From positions 31,248,001 to 31,312,000 of the forward strand of contig OZ076413.1 in the NCBI GenBank assembly GCA_964187785.1: a DNA stretch of 64,000 nt. Reading direction: 5' to 3'. The stretch is from Amphiscolops sp. MND2022. Its lineage: Eukaryota. Below, one piece after another: positions 13,083 to 26,100 of this stretch (within the stretch, counting starts at the first letter, position 1; each line of letters starts with the position of its first letter). A program made the translations under genes and the position numbers. The notes under the pieces are model-generated. The model saw nothing but the letters and a program-made list of their open reading frames with translations, was not told the origin of the DNA and searched no databases.

Positions 13083-15280
13083 TGTCATGCCAGCATGATG
13101 GAAATATAATCTACTAAATATCTGTAATGTAAATATTATGTCCTATGTACTTAGATATGGGCAATATGATGTCATATAATAAGGGCCATGGTTGTGAGCA
13201 ACCCTACGTTACTTGTACTTTAATCCCTTCCCCCCTTGAGTGTGAGTTATATATATTTACTTAATACTGAGCGCTCTAGTTCCGATGTCCGCATAAATGA
13301 TCTTGCCAGAAAATGGCCTTGAAAAGGTGCTATATTTCATAAATATTGGTTTGTCACGACAAGGGAGAGAAGTTTTCCGGTCAGACTGGACCGAGAGATA
13401 TTGAAAGTAATGGAAAGTATAACTTCTACTAACTCCCCGCCTCAGAGTATGTAGTTGTGACAAATTCCACTAAATTCATCACAAATTCATCGTCGAATTT
13501 GGTGATGACTTTGACCTGATTAGAAATTTCACTTGGAATCCATCAGCGGATTCAACGGTGCTTTTAACTAAAGTTCATCGTAACCCCATCCTCAAAAACT
13601 GCGAGTGAACTTTACATGGGACTTTAAACTAATTTTCATCAATTATCCATCAGCGGATTTTATGGGACTTATTTTAACAAAACTCATCTTTAATTCATCG
13701 CGATTATCTCACTTAGAAACTCCTGAAATGTGCTTCTCATTTCTAAAGAACAGTAACCCATCCTTTACTCATCGTGTTCACTAGTACAGAAGTGAAATGA
13801 GAAAGTACATCCTTAATCCATCCTAAAAAAAGAGTGAAAGTGCTGGTTATCTGATTTGTTTAGTAAACCCATCCTTAATTCATCTTGATTTCGTCCGTGC
13901 TGAAAATTAACCATTTTGGTGGATGAGTTCATCCTAAACTCATCACCAGTTCATATTGCTTTGGTATTTGCTGTTTTAACTGACAAGTTCATCTTAAACC
14001 CATCGCCAAAATTCACCTGTACTAGAATTGGCATTTATCGACTGAATTCATCCCGAATTCATCGTCAGTTTAATCTGTGCTGGAAATTGGCAAATTATAC
14101 GTGGAGTTCATCCTTTTATCATCGTCAGTTTGAATTGTGTTGATTTTCGAGCGAGAAAGACCACCATTCATCGCATTTTCATCCAGAGCTAAACTAGACT
14201 TGAAAATCAGCAAATATTCTTACAAGTTCATCGCTTTTCCATCTTCAATTTTTAAATCATTGGTTTTGGCGCTAGAATCAGCGGAAAACATCGTTTTCCC
14301 ATCCCGGATTGTGCTTTACCTTAGATTGACTTAAAATTAGTGCGTTATTGAATGATTTGAGCTCATTTTAGTTGTTGTAGAAACCATGATGCTACGTGCA
14401 GGCAATTGCGACATTGTAAATTGATGACTAAACACCATTAACATATGTAGATGTACCATGATGCGTAGCCACCTTGCGGCAGTTCACAACACTGGTCACG
14501 TGACTTACCATTTTAACACCAGCTGGTAACAGCCAATGAGAGAAGGTTGGTAAGAGATTTAGCGTCTTACCAACCGAAAAGACACGTGAACTGCTGTAAT
14601 TTGGCCCACCATTAGCAACTACAAGAGAACCCGAATTGAGACAAGCTACCGACCGATTGGATATTTTAACACGTGAAAGTCATTAAAACACATCTCTATT
14701 TCATCTTCAGAAGGTACAGAACTGAATTTGAGTAATTTCTTGGTACATCTATGACTGCGATGAAAATCGGATGAACTTTTCCTAACTACCTTGTTAATTT
14801 CCTTCTTCTTGCCTAACTGCTTACTTGCTTGTTACGACTTCATTTTCCTAAAACATCTCAGTTCAGATTAGTGAATTTTGAGATCGAATAACCACTTAAA
14901 TCAGTAAAATACATCGAAACAGCATCTCAGATAATCCAGTCTTCACTCATAATCCTTTTCTCTCGATTACATGAATCCAGATCAAGGCACTGAACTTAGA
15001 AGCGGTAGAGTTATAAATTCCTCGTCAGAAACATCCTCTCCAATAGATCCAGACATGGCTCAGTCGTCCGCCATTGACTCTGACAACAACGAAGCTTCAG
15101 ATATCTCGTCCCAGTTGTCTGAAATAAGGGAAAACTATGAGAAGAAGATAAACGAGTTACAAAGCGAGTTTAGTCAACTGAAGAACTTGTTAATGGCAGT
15201 TATTAGTAAAAGTGACGAAAATAACTTACCTTCGTCATCGCAAAGTTCTTCAAAGCCGGCCCACACAGTTGGGTTAGACA
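13083..15280 (+). mobile_element. Solo LTR, 2198 bp (probably Gypsy)
   Basis: Termini are TGTC...GACA, flanked by the 5-bp direct repeat TTGAA (13078-13082 and 15281-15285). No internal pol domains. Confidence 0.75.
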
Positions 15281-15309
15281 TTGAAGTTAGAAACAAACAA
15301 AGATTTTGA
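14971..15309 (+). CDS. LTR-encoded gag-like N-terminal ORF (103 codons inside the solo LTR, reading out into the flank)
   Basis: ATG-initiated ORF with an LRSGR motif, typical of retroelement gag N-termini, and a coiled coil (LSEIRENYEKKINELQSEFSQLKNLL). It crosses the LTR end at 15280. Confidence 0.5.
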   Translation: MNPDQGTELRSGRVINSSSETSSPIDPDMAQSSAIDSDNNEASDISSQLSEIRENYEKKINELQSEFSQLKNLLMAVISKSDENNLPSSSQSSSKPAHTVGLDIEVRNKQRF

Positions 15310-15534
15310 AAACAAATAAATTTCTCCCTAACTTACACTTCTCCAGACAAAATTAACCAGTTCATCGCTTTTATAAATGAAATAAGTAAAATCAACAATT
15401 TGGACGGGGACGGTTCAAATCGTAGAATATTCAAAGCGTTCATAAATACTGCGCGTCATAGTCACGTGACCGAATTTTCATTCAATGAACCAATCAAATT
15501 CAGTAAAATGAATACAGCACAAGCGACGAACTAA

Positions 15535-15668
15535 TTACGATAACGTCAGCTATGTCCACATACTCCTAGTGCCCTAAATGGAGCGACGTCCGGAGCGACG
15601 TGCCATATGGCCATGCCTCAATGTTGCTACTTGGCGAAGGGAGCCATACAACAAATATGCTAACCTCT
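15535..15668 (+). repeat. Interspersed repeat family 'agtcagctatg...gagcgaagcga' copy 1
   Basis: Core cagctatg..cacatac..ctagtgccctaaatg..gagcgacgtgccatatggccatgcctcaatgttgcta is shared with 20648, 29855 and 34945. Confidence 0.85.
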
Positions 15669-15920
15669 TCAAATTATAACCTGAAAATAATCGCTGCTAT
15701 GGAATTCTTTCGACGCTTTGAATAGCTTTGATTTTTTCGACGGTTTGAAAATTCTACGATTTGAATAGTCACCAATTTGGACATAGCTCTTTCTTAAAAT
15801 TAAAATGAACATTATCCGGAACAGGTTTTATCATTGTTGACGTGGAACTCAAACTAATTGAAAACGTAATTGAGGAATGAATGCGTATTGATGAAATTGA
15901 ATGAATTGAAGTTTGTACTA

Positions 15921-16438
15921 TAGATCGTTTCAAAAAGTTCGCGAGACTAGGTACCAGTCTTTTAATTAGCGATGCTATCATATCACTTTCTGCAACCATG
16001 CGAGGCAAACGCACATCTGACGACCTTGCAAAATCGATATACCGTTATAAAGATGCAAACCCGAATAACACAAACTCAGCAATTGCTCGGATTTTCTCGA
16101 TTTCCGAGTCAACACTTAGAGGAATCCTGAAGCGACGTATTGGGCAGAAAAAAGTCACATTGTGTCGAAACTCTGTACTCACAAGAAGAATCAAGCGTCA
16201 AATTCGGGGCCGCGCTAATCGAAATTGAAAACTCCGGCTTTCTGACCTTCTGCTTACGGCCAGACGACTTGAAAAATCGCGGCATTCGAAATCGTGTGGC
16301 TGTAGATGACGTTCTTACGAATGCCCATAAAGATAGGAGAGTTAACTAGTGACGTCGACATTTATTTTTGACTTCACAAAAGGTATTTTCAGCGACGATT
16401 GATTAGTTCTAGACTCGCGAACTTTTTGAAACGATCTA
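15921..16438 (+). mobile_element. Internally deleted Tc1/mariner-type element
   Basis: 30-bp TIRs tagatcgtttcaaaaagttcgcgag(a/t)ctag (15921-15950 and 16409-16438), with TA on both flanks. Internal ORF 15998-16228 (MRGKRTSDDLAKSIY...SAIARIFSISESTLRGILKR) resembles the Tc1 HTH DNA-binding domain. Confidence 0.75.
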
Positions 16439-17534
16439 TAACTGTCTTTTACTATAGGCTCTCAGGCAAAGGTTTAAATGTTCCTCAGTTTAATCTGAGG
16501 TTTAAACGGTGGACAGGTACTTATTTACAAACAAGTGTCATTTAGTTCAACTAGATTTCACTCACTATCACAATCATACTTGCCTAAAACGTCAACAATC
16601 AAAGAAGTCCGCGTTAAGCGCTAAGCAATGTGGATAGTACTTTCCACCAGCGCTTCTGGTACCTTGGGCAAAAGTGGAGGAAAAAATGTCCGGCACTAAA
16701 GTAAAAAGTTTCGTTACATAAGAAAAATTTAGAAAACGATCCTCTCAGTGACATCTAGAGAATCAAGTCGAAAATTTCTGACAACAGTGCCATGTTTAAG
16801 CATTAGAAAAGCGTAGTCTCTTGAAATTGTCAAAAGGCTGTTTTAATTGCTGTTTATAAATTTTATAATACCAGTAAAAATGTGACATTATCAAGACCTG
16901 GCTACATCGGTTTTTTTAATAGCTACAACACTTTATAGCTTTGGTCAAAGGTTTGTAAACAGTAGATAAGACTCATTCTGTCATCTGCAGGGTTGTAAAA
17001 CAATAATGGTTTGGGGCCATCGTGGCCATGTTATGGTCTGCCATAATTGATTGGTGCTAAAACTAGTATGGCAATAATGGATGGCTTCGGCAAAGCAATT
17101 ATTGCCATATTGGGTCATAATGGCGGTACTTTCGCACTTATGAATTATGTAATTGTTACGTTTGTTCACTAGTTCTAACAATGTTTGTTCAGTGATTTTT
17201 GACTACGTAGTACACACTATTGTCTCCGTTGTCATGTATTTCAGTGTTGCGTTTGTTTTTAACTGATTCCGTGATTTAATTTTACCAATTTTAGCTCAAG
17301 GAAATTTAACAACAATTCTGACACGTGCATCATGTTCGACATAAAGTAATAGTTTTTTCAAAACACAAACTGATTAATTACGAAATATAGAATACAGTAA
17401 ATTAAACGGGCGTTTGTTTTTTTGACTACTTTTTCACACGCGGGGCGTAGATTTTTGTAATTAACCTAAAACCATTTTCGTTTTTATTCTTATCAAGTAG
17501 AGTATGTTTTCCTTTTCTTTTTGTTTGAGGAAAC

Positions 17535-18830
17535 GTGACGATGGTTAGCAACAAGCAAATCGTTGAGTTAATGTTTTCTTCCGCTGGAGACAAAACATTC
17601 AAGTGTTTTCTATGTGGTTCACGTTATCAAAAAGACGTTAAAAACGGCTTCCAAAATTTGATAACTCATGTACAATCGTCACACTCCGACTGGAAAAAAT
17701 ACCTTCAGGTTCAGATTCATGATCGTTGAAATTTTCCACATTTTCTTCGTGTATCAAGCAAGCAAACAACCTATTTGGTTGGATGCACTGGGTCATTAAT
17801 AAAGGACTCCCTTCCAGCATGGTTGAAAAAGAAAGAACACGCAAATATTCCAAATATTGGAGTAATTTTCTGAACTTCAACAGTATTTAGGTAGGGGTCT
17901 TTCGTTGTCAACTGAGCTTTCTACCATAGTTCAATCATCAGTTTTTGAAAGCGCTGTAACTAAGAAGTGTAATGGCTAGTGGCTGAACATAGACGAGTAT
18001 TTCTTCAGTGATCTTTTCGAAAAACTTGTGGAAAAACAACCCAGTGAACTCTCATTTGTAGAACGAATTCTTATGGCATAGTAAGAGCAAATTAAACCAA
18101 ACGGAAAGTAAGAGCAACTTGGAATGGGTACCATGTACAAGCAATATCGTAGAACGCTACTCCAGTATTGTGCGTAACATATTCAATGAAAACAAAAAAC
18201 GAACAAACCCATTGAATTTGTAGTCACAGATCTTCTTGAACGTAAACAAAACTCATTAGGATGTCAAAGCCATCGAATCGTTCTTGCAAAACAAATGATG
18301 TTTTGTAGATTTATTTTTTCACTATGGTAATTTGGTTTTGCCATATTTTTCATATAATGACCATTTTTGCCATAATTTATTTTTGCTGATAAGCATAGGG
18401 CCATATTGAATTTCCAGATTTCAATATTATGGCCATGCCATAATTTACAATCTTGGTCATCTGGCAAAAACAAAACTAGCCACTGTTTTTAAAAAGTGCC
18501 CACTTAAAGTTGGCGAAATTTGGCCCAACGTATCATGATGGAAGCTATCGATTTACTTAACAAGTTGCATTTTTCACTTAAGCGCATACTCACTGGAGAG
18601 AAAAACAACATCCGAAAAGCACAATTCAAGTCTTTGGCGAAAAACAGAACTTGAACAAAGCAAGGAAACACTGCCAATTACCGAAAAATTGGGTTTTTAG
18701 CATGATAAATGTTTCCATTATGTTCAACGGCAAGTTCCAGAGAGTCACGGTTCTCAATTTTGACGTACTTAATCGCAAAAATCTTTTAAGCTGATGAACC
18801 AGTGCAAATGCATCTGACAAATAAGAAGTG
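17535..18830 (+). pseudogene. Degenerate hAT-like transposase with BED zinc finger
   Basis: KCFLCGSRYQKDVKNGFQNLITHVQSSH (C-x2-C..H-x4-H), then WMHWVINKGLPFSMVEK..TRKYSK and a later C-x-SH motif (RCQSHRIVLA). Many stops and frameshifts. Confidence 0.55.
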
Positions 18831-19169
18831 TTGATAATAGCAAGTGAGTCGTCGAATCGGTTTCGTTGATGTCTTTTTTTTACATTTTCTGCATCTGTTA
18901 GCTCCCTGTAACAAGCAATGTAGCTGTTAAACGAAACCTTCAGCTCTCACGTTCTCTGGAACAGATAGATCAGCTTGTTGTAGGTCAACCACCTCAATAC
19001 CATTGTCTTCATCAACATTATCAGTTGAAACACGATGCATGATTCATGCTATTTGAAACAGTTCGGATAGTCAGTGGTTATCAAAATAGGCCCCATCGGG
19101 GCACACTTTCATTTCTGCTTTAATCTTTCGTTAACAAGATAATCATGTCTGGAATATCAGTACACTCCT

Positions 19170-19650
19170 CCCGGGTTGACCCTCTTACTAGCATCTTGAC
19201 AGCCAAGGCAAGATCTTGGCGAACTCTTACTACATCTTGGCGACCATTGAACCCATGATTGTTAGTAAGATCTTACTAAGATAATACATTATTCCAAGAT
19301 CGTATCTTGTCACGATGGACAAAATTCTAAGATTGTAAAAACACTATACCTTCATTACAAGCAGCCTAGACTCAATCTAAAGGCTTATTTCACCCAACAA
19401 CGACTATTTCTACTCGTTTTCATAATCAAAATGTTTCAACCCACTGAAATAATATTGCATGCAAAATGTGCGAAAAAATACGATAACGTATTCTGGCTTC
19501 CGAATTTTTGACGAAAATCCTAATAACTCCTCACCTGTTTAAGACTGAGAAATGCAAATGAACCAAATGAACGCTCATTTCAAGGACTTTCGAAAACTTG
19601 TAACTTATCATTCCTGTCGATTCCAGAGAAGGATAAAAATTGTCTCAAAC
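19170..19650 (+). mobile_element. About 490-bp non-autonomous element (caagatc subrepeats), copy 1
   Basis: High similarity to 46481-46972 along its whole length. A diverged reverse relative lies at about 30950-31230. Confidence 0.75.
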
Positions 19651-20647
19651 GTCCAAAGCCACTAGCGCAAAGTTACACAAAAAACACTAAGAATTTCGAA
19701 AAATTTTTGTAAATTCATAACTCTTTCCTTCAGCCTGTTTCAGCAGCCGTACTACTGCCGGAAACGGTGGTCATTGTCCTGGTTTGGGCAATGATTCAGC
19801 TCGATGCTTTTCTGACACTGTTGTTGGCGACGGTTTTGCAATTTATAAAACACTTCAATCAGTGAATCACTGCAATAAACAGCATAAGGACTCTTCAATC
19901 AAATTTGATACCTTGCTAACAGAAAATTTTAATGTCTAACAATATAAGCTCAACTAAGAGCGACGTGATATTTAGCTACAAAAATATGACGAAACATTTT
20001 GAAGTTACAGACCAGTATTGTTCTGAGAAGTGCCAGTGCCACGTGAAAATACAATCTCTTTGCTTTTTTCTGGCATGTCTCTGTTCAGCATCTGTGAAAT
20101 TTGTTGCCGAATCACTATTGTAATACACGTTTTTTGTTCCCAAAATATTCAACTCAAATTGTTTTTGTTGGATTTTGGTACTTTCCCCACCAGGTATATT
20201 GTTAATCTGTACCGGTTTTATTGATGCCGAACAAACAATTTATTCGGTTCTTGTATTGTTCGTAACCAAACGCCGACGAACCCCACGGTCAGGGTTACGG
20301 TAAGTATTTCATTTAAATGATCTTCAGTTATTTACCTCAGTTTCGTGAATGTTACCACGCTCAGCTTTTCTTTGTTGGTTAGGCGTGTTTTTGAACTAAA
20401 TTTCAGCCTGAATTTCAGCTACATTAGAATGACACGAGAATTGTGTACACATTTGTCTGTGACGCCATCGCAGGCCAACTGGATAACATACATCAATATG
20501 TATGGTAATAATGTGTGGTAATAACGGTAGGTATGGTAATGTATGCTTATGAAATTGTATACAGAGGAATCTGCATAATTGCACGCCGGTTAATTACGTA
20601 TTAAAAATGAAACCCGACATTTCGTGCAATTTATATTATACAAATTA

Positions 20648-20800
20648 TTATAACGTAGTCAGCTATGTTCACATACCCCTAGTGTCCTAAATGCAGGAGC
20701 GAAGCGAAGCGGAGCGACGTGCCATTTGGCCATGCCTCAATGTTGCTACTTGGCGAAGGGAGCAAAGCGACCGAGCCATACAACATATATGCCAACCTCC
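20648..20800 (+). repeat. Interspersed repeat family 'agtcagctatg...gagcgaagcga' copy 2
   Basis: Near-identical to the copy at 34945-35100. Confidence 0.85.
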
Positions 20801-20874
20801 ATACATATTGGCTGTAGCAGCACTGAAAGCTAGTAATTTCGTTGTTTGAGACCTATTTTGCAAATCTGTTTAAT

Positions 20875-21000
20875 TTTGTACGAAATGTTTTTTGTACGAA
20901 ATGTCGAGCTTCATTTTTGTACCAATTGTTCGTGTACGAAATGTCTGGTTTTTGGCTATTGTACGAAATGTCGTTTGTACGAATTGTTGTGGTGCCAAAA
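20875..21000. repeat. Cluster of ttgtacgaaatgt subrepeats (one arm of a MITE-like element)
   Basis: About 6 copies of tgtacgaa(a/t)tg. No partner arm found. Confidence 0.5.
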
Positions 21001-21159
21001 AACGGAATCACGTTGCGTAATTGCATACACAACATTTCTGAGAAAAGAGTACCCAGCTGATTCAATTGTTTTCCATTGACAAAGTAACAGGCATACATGT
21101 TCTAATTTCATATAGACATGGATGGTGCTCGAAAACGAAAAGTTGAGCTTAGTCATTAG

Positions 21160-21894
21160 TAGGACAACCGCTATTTGCCCTTTATTTTTTAAAATTTTGC
21201 CCTTTATTTGCCGCCCTTTATTTTAAAATTTGCCCCTTATTTGCCCTTTATCGGCACGCGTTTGAAAGCGAGGATTTAACAAAAAAGTCAAATTCTTTTA
21301 TTAAAGTGAAATGTTACAATGAATGCAAATGTAATTCTCGATATTGTAACATCAAAATTTGTCCTTGGCTACCCAGTCTAAAATTCTTGATCTTACCAAG
21401 ATCTTGGAAAGTCTTACTAGTTCCAAAAAATCGTAAATTTCTTGACAAGAATCTTGCCGAAATTCTTATCAAGAAATCCGAGAGGTGAAATTTTCGATTA
21501 GTTCAAAAATTAGTGCGATTTCACAAATTGTTGAATTAGGCCTGTTTACAGTAATTTTGGTCCATTTTATGGAAAAATTATGGAAAAATCACTATAATTT
21601 ACCCTCTTGTCAGCAAATTTACGGCCAAGTAAGATTCTTAACAAAAGATCCAAGAGTATCCAAGATTCTTATCAAGAGTTCCAAGAGTTTTTACACTGGG
21701 TAGTATCTTTCTGAACAATTCCTGTACACAAACTCGCACGACTCGTATTTCTCAGAAAAAGGGGTGATTATATACGAAAAAGTACAAGATTCGATGTATT
21801 TTGCCTTTTTTGCCTTTTGTTAAATTTTTTGCCCCTAACCCGTATTTCTGCCCTTTTTGCCCCTATTGCCCTTTTGCCCTTTTTGGTTGCCCTA
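21160..21894. mobile_element. hAT-type MITE (735 bp including a nested insertion)
   Basis: TIRs tagg(a/g)caacc / ggttgcccta, an 8-bp TSD GTCATTAG (21152-21159 and 21895-21902), and subterminal tttgccc repeats. Confidence 0.8.
21372..21700. mobile_element. Nested MITE with CCCAG termini and TA flanks
   Basis: About 19-bp TIRs cccagtctaaaattcttg / caagagtttttacactggg, with TA on both sides. Confidence 0.75.
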
Positions 21895-22186
21895 GTCATT
21901 AGCAAAAATTTGATATATTGAACGCGCTTTTAAACAAGGTAAAATTACTGATTTTTCCGTTAAAATTTAATTTCAGCACTTAAAATTTTTTAAAAAACTC
22001 TGCTCAATAGAACACGTCGCGTCATTGCACAAAAGTCGTCAGTCCCGTAGGTGTGCAATTAAGCGAAGTTCTCTGTAGTGATAATATATATCAATATGTT
22101 AGGTAATAATGTTCAATAAAAAGAATACGACGGTGATGTTGAACTTGGGTGACTTCTTCTCATTTAATGTGAAATACAATAAAAAC

Positions 22187-22240
22187 TGCATGTGAAAGGT
22201 GCATGTGAAAGGTGCATGTGAAAGGTGCATGTGAAAGGTG
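22187..22240. repeat. 13-bp perfect tandem repeat x4 (tgcatgtgaaagg)
   Basis: Directly visible in the sequence. Confidence 0.9.
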
Positions 22241-22938
22241 TATATTGACTTGAATATTTGCGACCTTTGTTTTATCTGACCGCTTTCACCTCTCTAAATT
22301 ATGGGGGCCGTTCCAGGCTGCTGACTTAGATTTGCTTCTCGGCCAATTCTGCTTTTTGTCGCAAAAATTTTTCTCTCATAAAAGAATCTGCTTTTGCAGT
22401 TTTCCGTAGTATTTATACAACTCTATACACAAACAACTACAGTAGTTTGAATGACTATTTTTTTAACCGAAACGAAAGTTAATGTTTTTTCTTGACGTTT
22501 GTTCTGTTCCTCTCGTTTATTTTTGTATATACAATAGCTTTTGTATATAGCTTTTGAAAAGGTTTTAAATTTAATGAAAACGATTTTGAAATGGAACTTT
22601 ATTTGGATCCAAGATCACTGCACTGAGTACATGGCATAAGATTTAAATCCAGAATAACCAAACTACTGTGGTATAATCACCAGCGATTACATGGAATGAG
22701 ATTTATATCACTGGAAACACTCAAAACCACTAACAAGATAAGAAACAGGTGAAAGAATATCAACGATCCACGACAGTTCTAAATACTGGAATAAGATATA
22801 TCAACTCTGGAAAAAATCTACGAAGCACGGAAAGTTTCAAAAAAATGTAAAATCAGGAAACAGCATGGGATAGGATCATTTTCATTTTTGCTATACAGAA
22901 ACAAACTTCATTGGACGTAACCGTCTTTGTTTGATCAG

Positions 22939-23153
22939 TGTTGAAGATGAATCTCAATGCTGCCTTCTACTCTTCGAATACTGTTCAAAGACGAATCAAA
23001 AGATGATGGTTGACAAGAAAAGTATTAACTGTTTTCTATCAAGACCTTATGGCAACTGATGTTATGTATTTTTTGTCTTGATATACTTATGTTTGTCAAC
23101 AACTATTCTTTTTGATTGAGTCAAGGTCAGTTCGAGAGTCTAGCTCTCTCACA
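22939..23153 (-). repeat. 3' LTR of the Gypsy element (215 bp)
   Basis: Direct repeat of 27807-28025, adjacent to the PPT. Confidence 0.9.
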
Positions 23154-26100
23154 TCCCCTGTTTTAACAATGAAGGGTACAGTATTTTGATAAATACGTTT
23201 ACAACTTGGAGTTTTATAAATACCGGTAATGTAACTGAAATGTAGGAGTAACACTGTATGTATGTAGTAAGTTTACAAGGTAACATGTATGAATACAGCA
23301 ACGTAAATTGTCTCGGGTTGGTCGATTGTTTGTTTTTGTTTTGGCTGCGGGCATTGTTTGATTTCTTTACTCCTTGGGAGTTTCACTTCTTGGGCTTCTG
23401 ATTTGTGATACCATGACATTGTGGCCATAGAAGTCCGTTTTTGGTCGAGTTTCGCTTCTTGGTGATGCTCCTGTTTCTGTCTCTTCGATTGTCTCTTGTT
23501 GGTCGGTCAATTGTGGCATTTCTTGTGGGTCGATTATCTGGTTGTGGTCTGTTGAGTCGTTCACTATTGTCTATTCGATTTCTCGTTCGGCACTTGTTTT
23601 TGGTTCCGTTTTTATTTTGTTTTGTGTGTGTCACACTTGTGTGTACTGTTCTTCTTCGCTGTCTGATTCAATCTCGAAGATTGTAGGTTGTTTTGTCTGT
23701 TTTGTCATTCCTAATGTTCTTCTCCCCTCTTTTGCTCTTTTCACATTCTTCTTCAGTTCAATTATTGCTGGTGTTTTCTTTTGCTGCGTTGACAGCGTTG
23801 TTTGTTTTGGCGGGGTTTCCTTGGTTAAAGAATTAGCTGACTCGAATTCTTTTGTCCGATCAATTGAGCCTGACAGCTCGCTTGGATTTGCCACTTCGTT
23901 AACATCTCGCCAATTTTGCTTTGCTGCCTCTCTGGAGCAGCATAGTTTGTTTGCCAGTTCAACCGTTTTTTCTATATCTCTTTTAGAGATAACTGTTGGC
24001 AGTTTCTTTCCAGCTGGTAGAAACGTAATTCTGTGGTTGGATTGCTCCAACAAGACGCCCTCTCTCTTCTTGAATGCTCTATCGAGCTTTGTTCCTCTGG
24101 ATCTTTCTCTTACTAGAATTGAGGAGTCTTGACCTGACTCGAAGTCCGTTTCGTCCAGCTTCAATTCTTGGGGTTCTGAAATGTACCGAAATGAGTTTAC
24201 TGCCAGTCTTTTTAGTAGTATTTGGCTCCTCACCCGTTTGATTCTCGTATGACTATTTTACTTTTGCTGAAGTGTACGTTCTCAGTGCGAAAGGGATTTC
24301 TGACAGGCATGACTTATCCTTTCTTTATACTATTTGTTTATTTTTTCTCAGTGTTACGTTTATTGTTCTTAACACACGCTCAATTTTGCCGTTATCTCTA
24401 TGATCGACTACTGGACATTCTATATGCTGTAATAAGCTCTTTTGGCAAAATTCTTTGAATTGTTTGCTACGAAAAATGGTCGCCGGGTCTGTTCTTGTTA
24501 CTTGCGGAATTCGGTGTCTTGCTGTATAGTTCCGTAGGAATTCCAATACTATTTCGGTGTTTGGTTTTCTTAGAAATTTTACTTCAAGCCAGCCAGAGTA
24601 GTGATCTACTGATACTACTAAGTATTTCTTAGCGTTTATTGCGTTTTGGAAAGGTCCTGCAAAGTCTAATGCAATTTTTTGGATACTTTCAGTACATTTT
24701 GGTAAATTTCCTATTCGTTTTTGTTGCATTACAGTTTTTGTTCTTACCGGCCTGTTGACATTGTGGGCACGTCTTCGCTATTGACAACGCTTCTCTAGGC
24801 AATCTTGGCCACCAGTCATTAGAGACTGTTGCTTGTTGCTAGCATTGTATCCCCTCCAAGGATGTCCGTAATGTAGTGACCTTATAATTACTAGTCGTAG
24901 TGCTCTTGGGATGACGAGGAGTTTGTCCATGTATATGAATTCGTTCGCGCCAAAGCTCAAACATTTGAATTTTTTCTTCCATGGGGTGGGGAGACGACTG
25001 ATTTTTGTGGTGTCTGGCTTCATTAGTACCCCGGCGATTTTCTGGATGAACTCGTCGGTCTCGTACTGGGCCGCGAAAGTATATATTCCAAGCGTTTGGA
25101 GGACTTCAATCTTCAAACGGGTTAGTCTGGAGGAGAATGACTTGTTTGCTCGATCATCTTTTAATATGATCATCAATGCCTTGTGGTCTGACACAACTTC
25201 GAATTCAGTCCCATAGACATAATTGCGAAAATTTTCTTCTGACCAAACTACGGCAAATAACTCTAACTCGTTTATAGAGTATTTCTTTTCAAATTCTTTT
25301 AGAAATCTAGATGCGAAGTGAGTGGTTTCCCATCCTTCTTCCGATTTCCGTTGTTGTACCGCACCTAGTCCCTCTTGGCTTGCGTCGCAAATTTTACGTA
25401 GTTCTAGGTTTCGTTCAAAGTCGTTTTGTTTGGTCATTTTCTTGATAGCTTCTTTTATATTTTCGAATGCTATTTCATGTTCGTCTTTCCAATTCCACTC
25501 TTGATCCCTTTTTAATAGCTGTCTGAGGGAAGCGCACATGATGGCTAAATTTGGAATAAAATTATTCATTTGATTTATTGCTCCCATGAAAGATCTTCGG
25601 TCCTTAAGATTTTTTGGTGGTAATTTTTCAGTTATTGCATGTACTTTTTCTTTCAGTGGTTTAATTCCTCCATTGACATTTTGTAGCCCAGCCACTCCGT
25701 GTCTGGTTTGGCGATTTTGCACTTCCCTATTTTTAGTCGTATGCCTGCTTCGTCCATTGCATTGATTGTTTCTTCTACTGTCACCATGTTCTCTTCTTTC
25801 TTTTCTTTTGTTACCACCAATATGTCATCTATGAAGGAGAATGTGTTTTTCGTTTTGTGCAGTATTTTGTCCATTATTTTCTGGAATTCAGGCGGCATTG
25901 TTGCTAAACCATAATACCATGTTTTGAATGCGTAGGTGCCTGTCGTTTCTCCCCCGATAATCTGAAACTTACAGTCGCTGTTTCTGGATGTAGTACTCTT
26001 TGTACATATGCATATACCATGTCTAGTGATGTGAACCACACGTCTCCTTCTTGTTTGCCGGTAATAATTTCTGCTACACTTTCCATTAGGTTCTCCAGGT

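Noticed and set aside
23542-24132. 196-aa plus-strand hydrophobic ORF and similar antisense ORFs over the retroelements
   Set aside because: Antisense shadows of A-rich gag/pol coding sequence, which yield F/L/V/S-rich translations.
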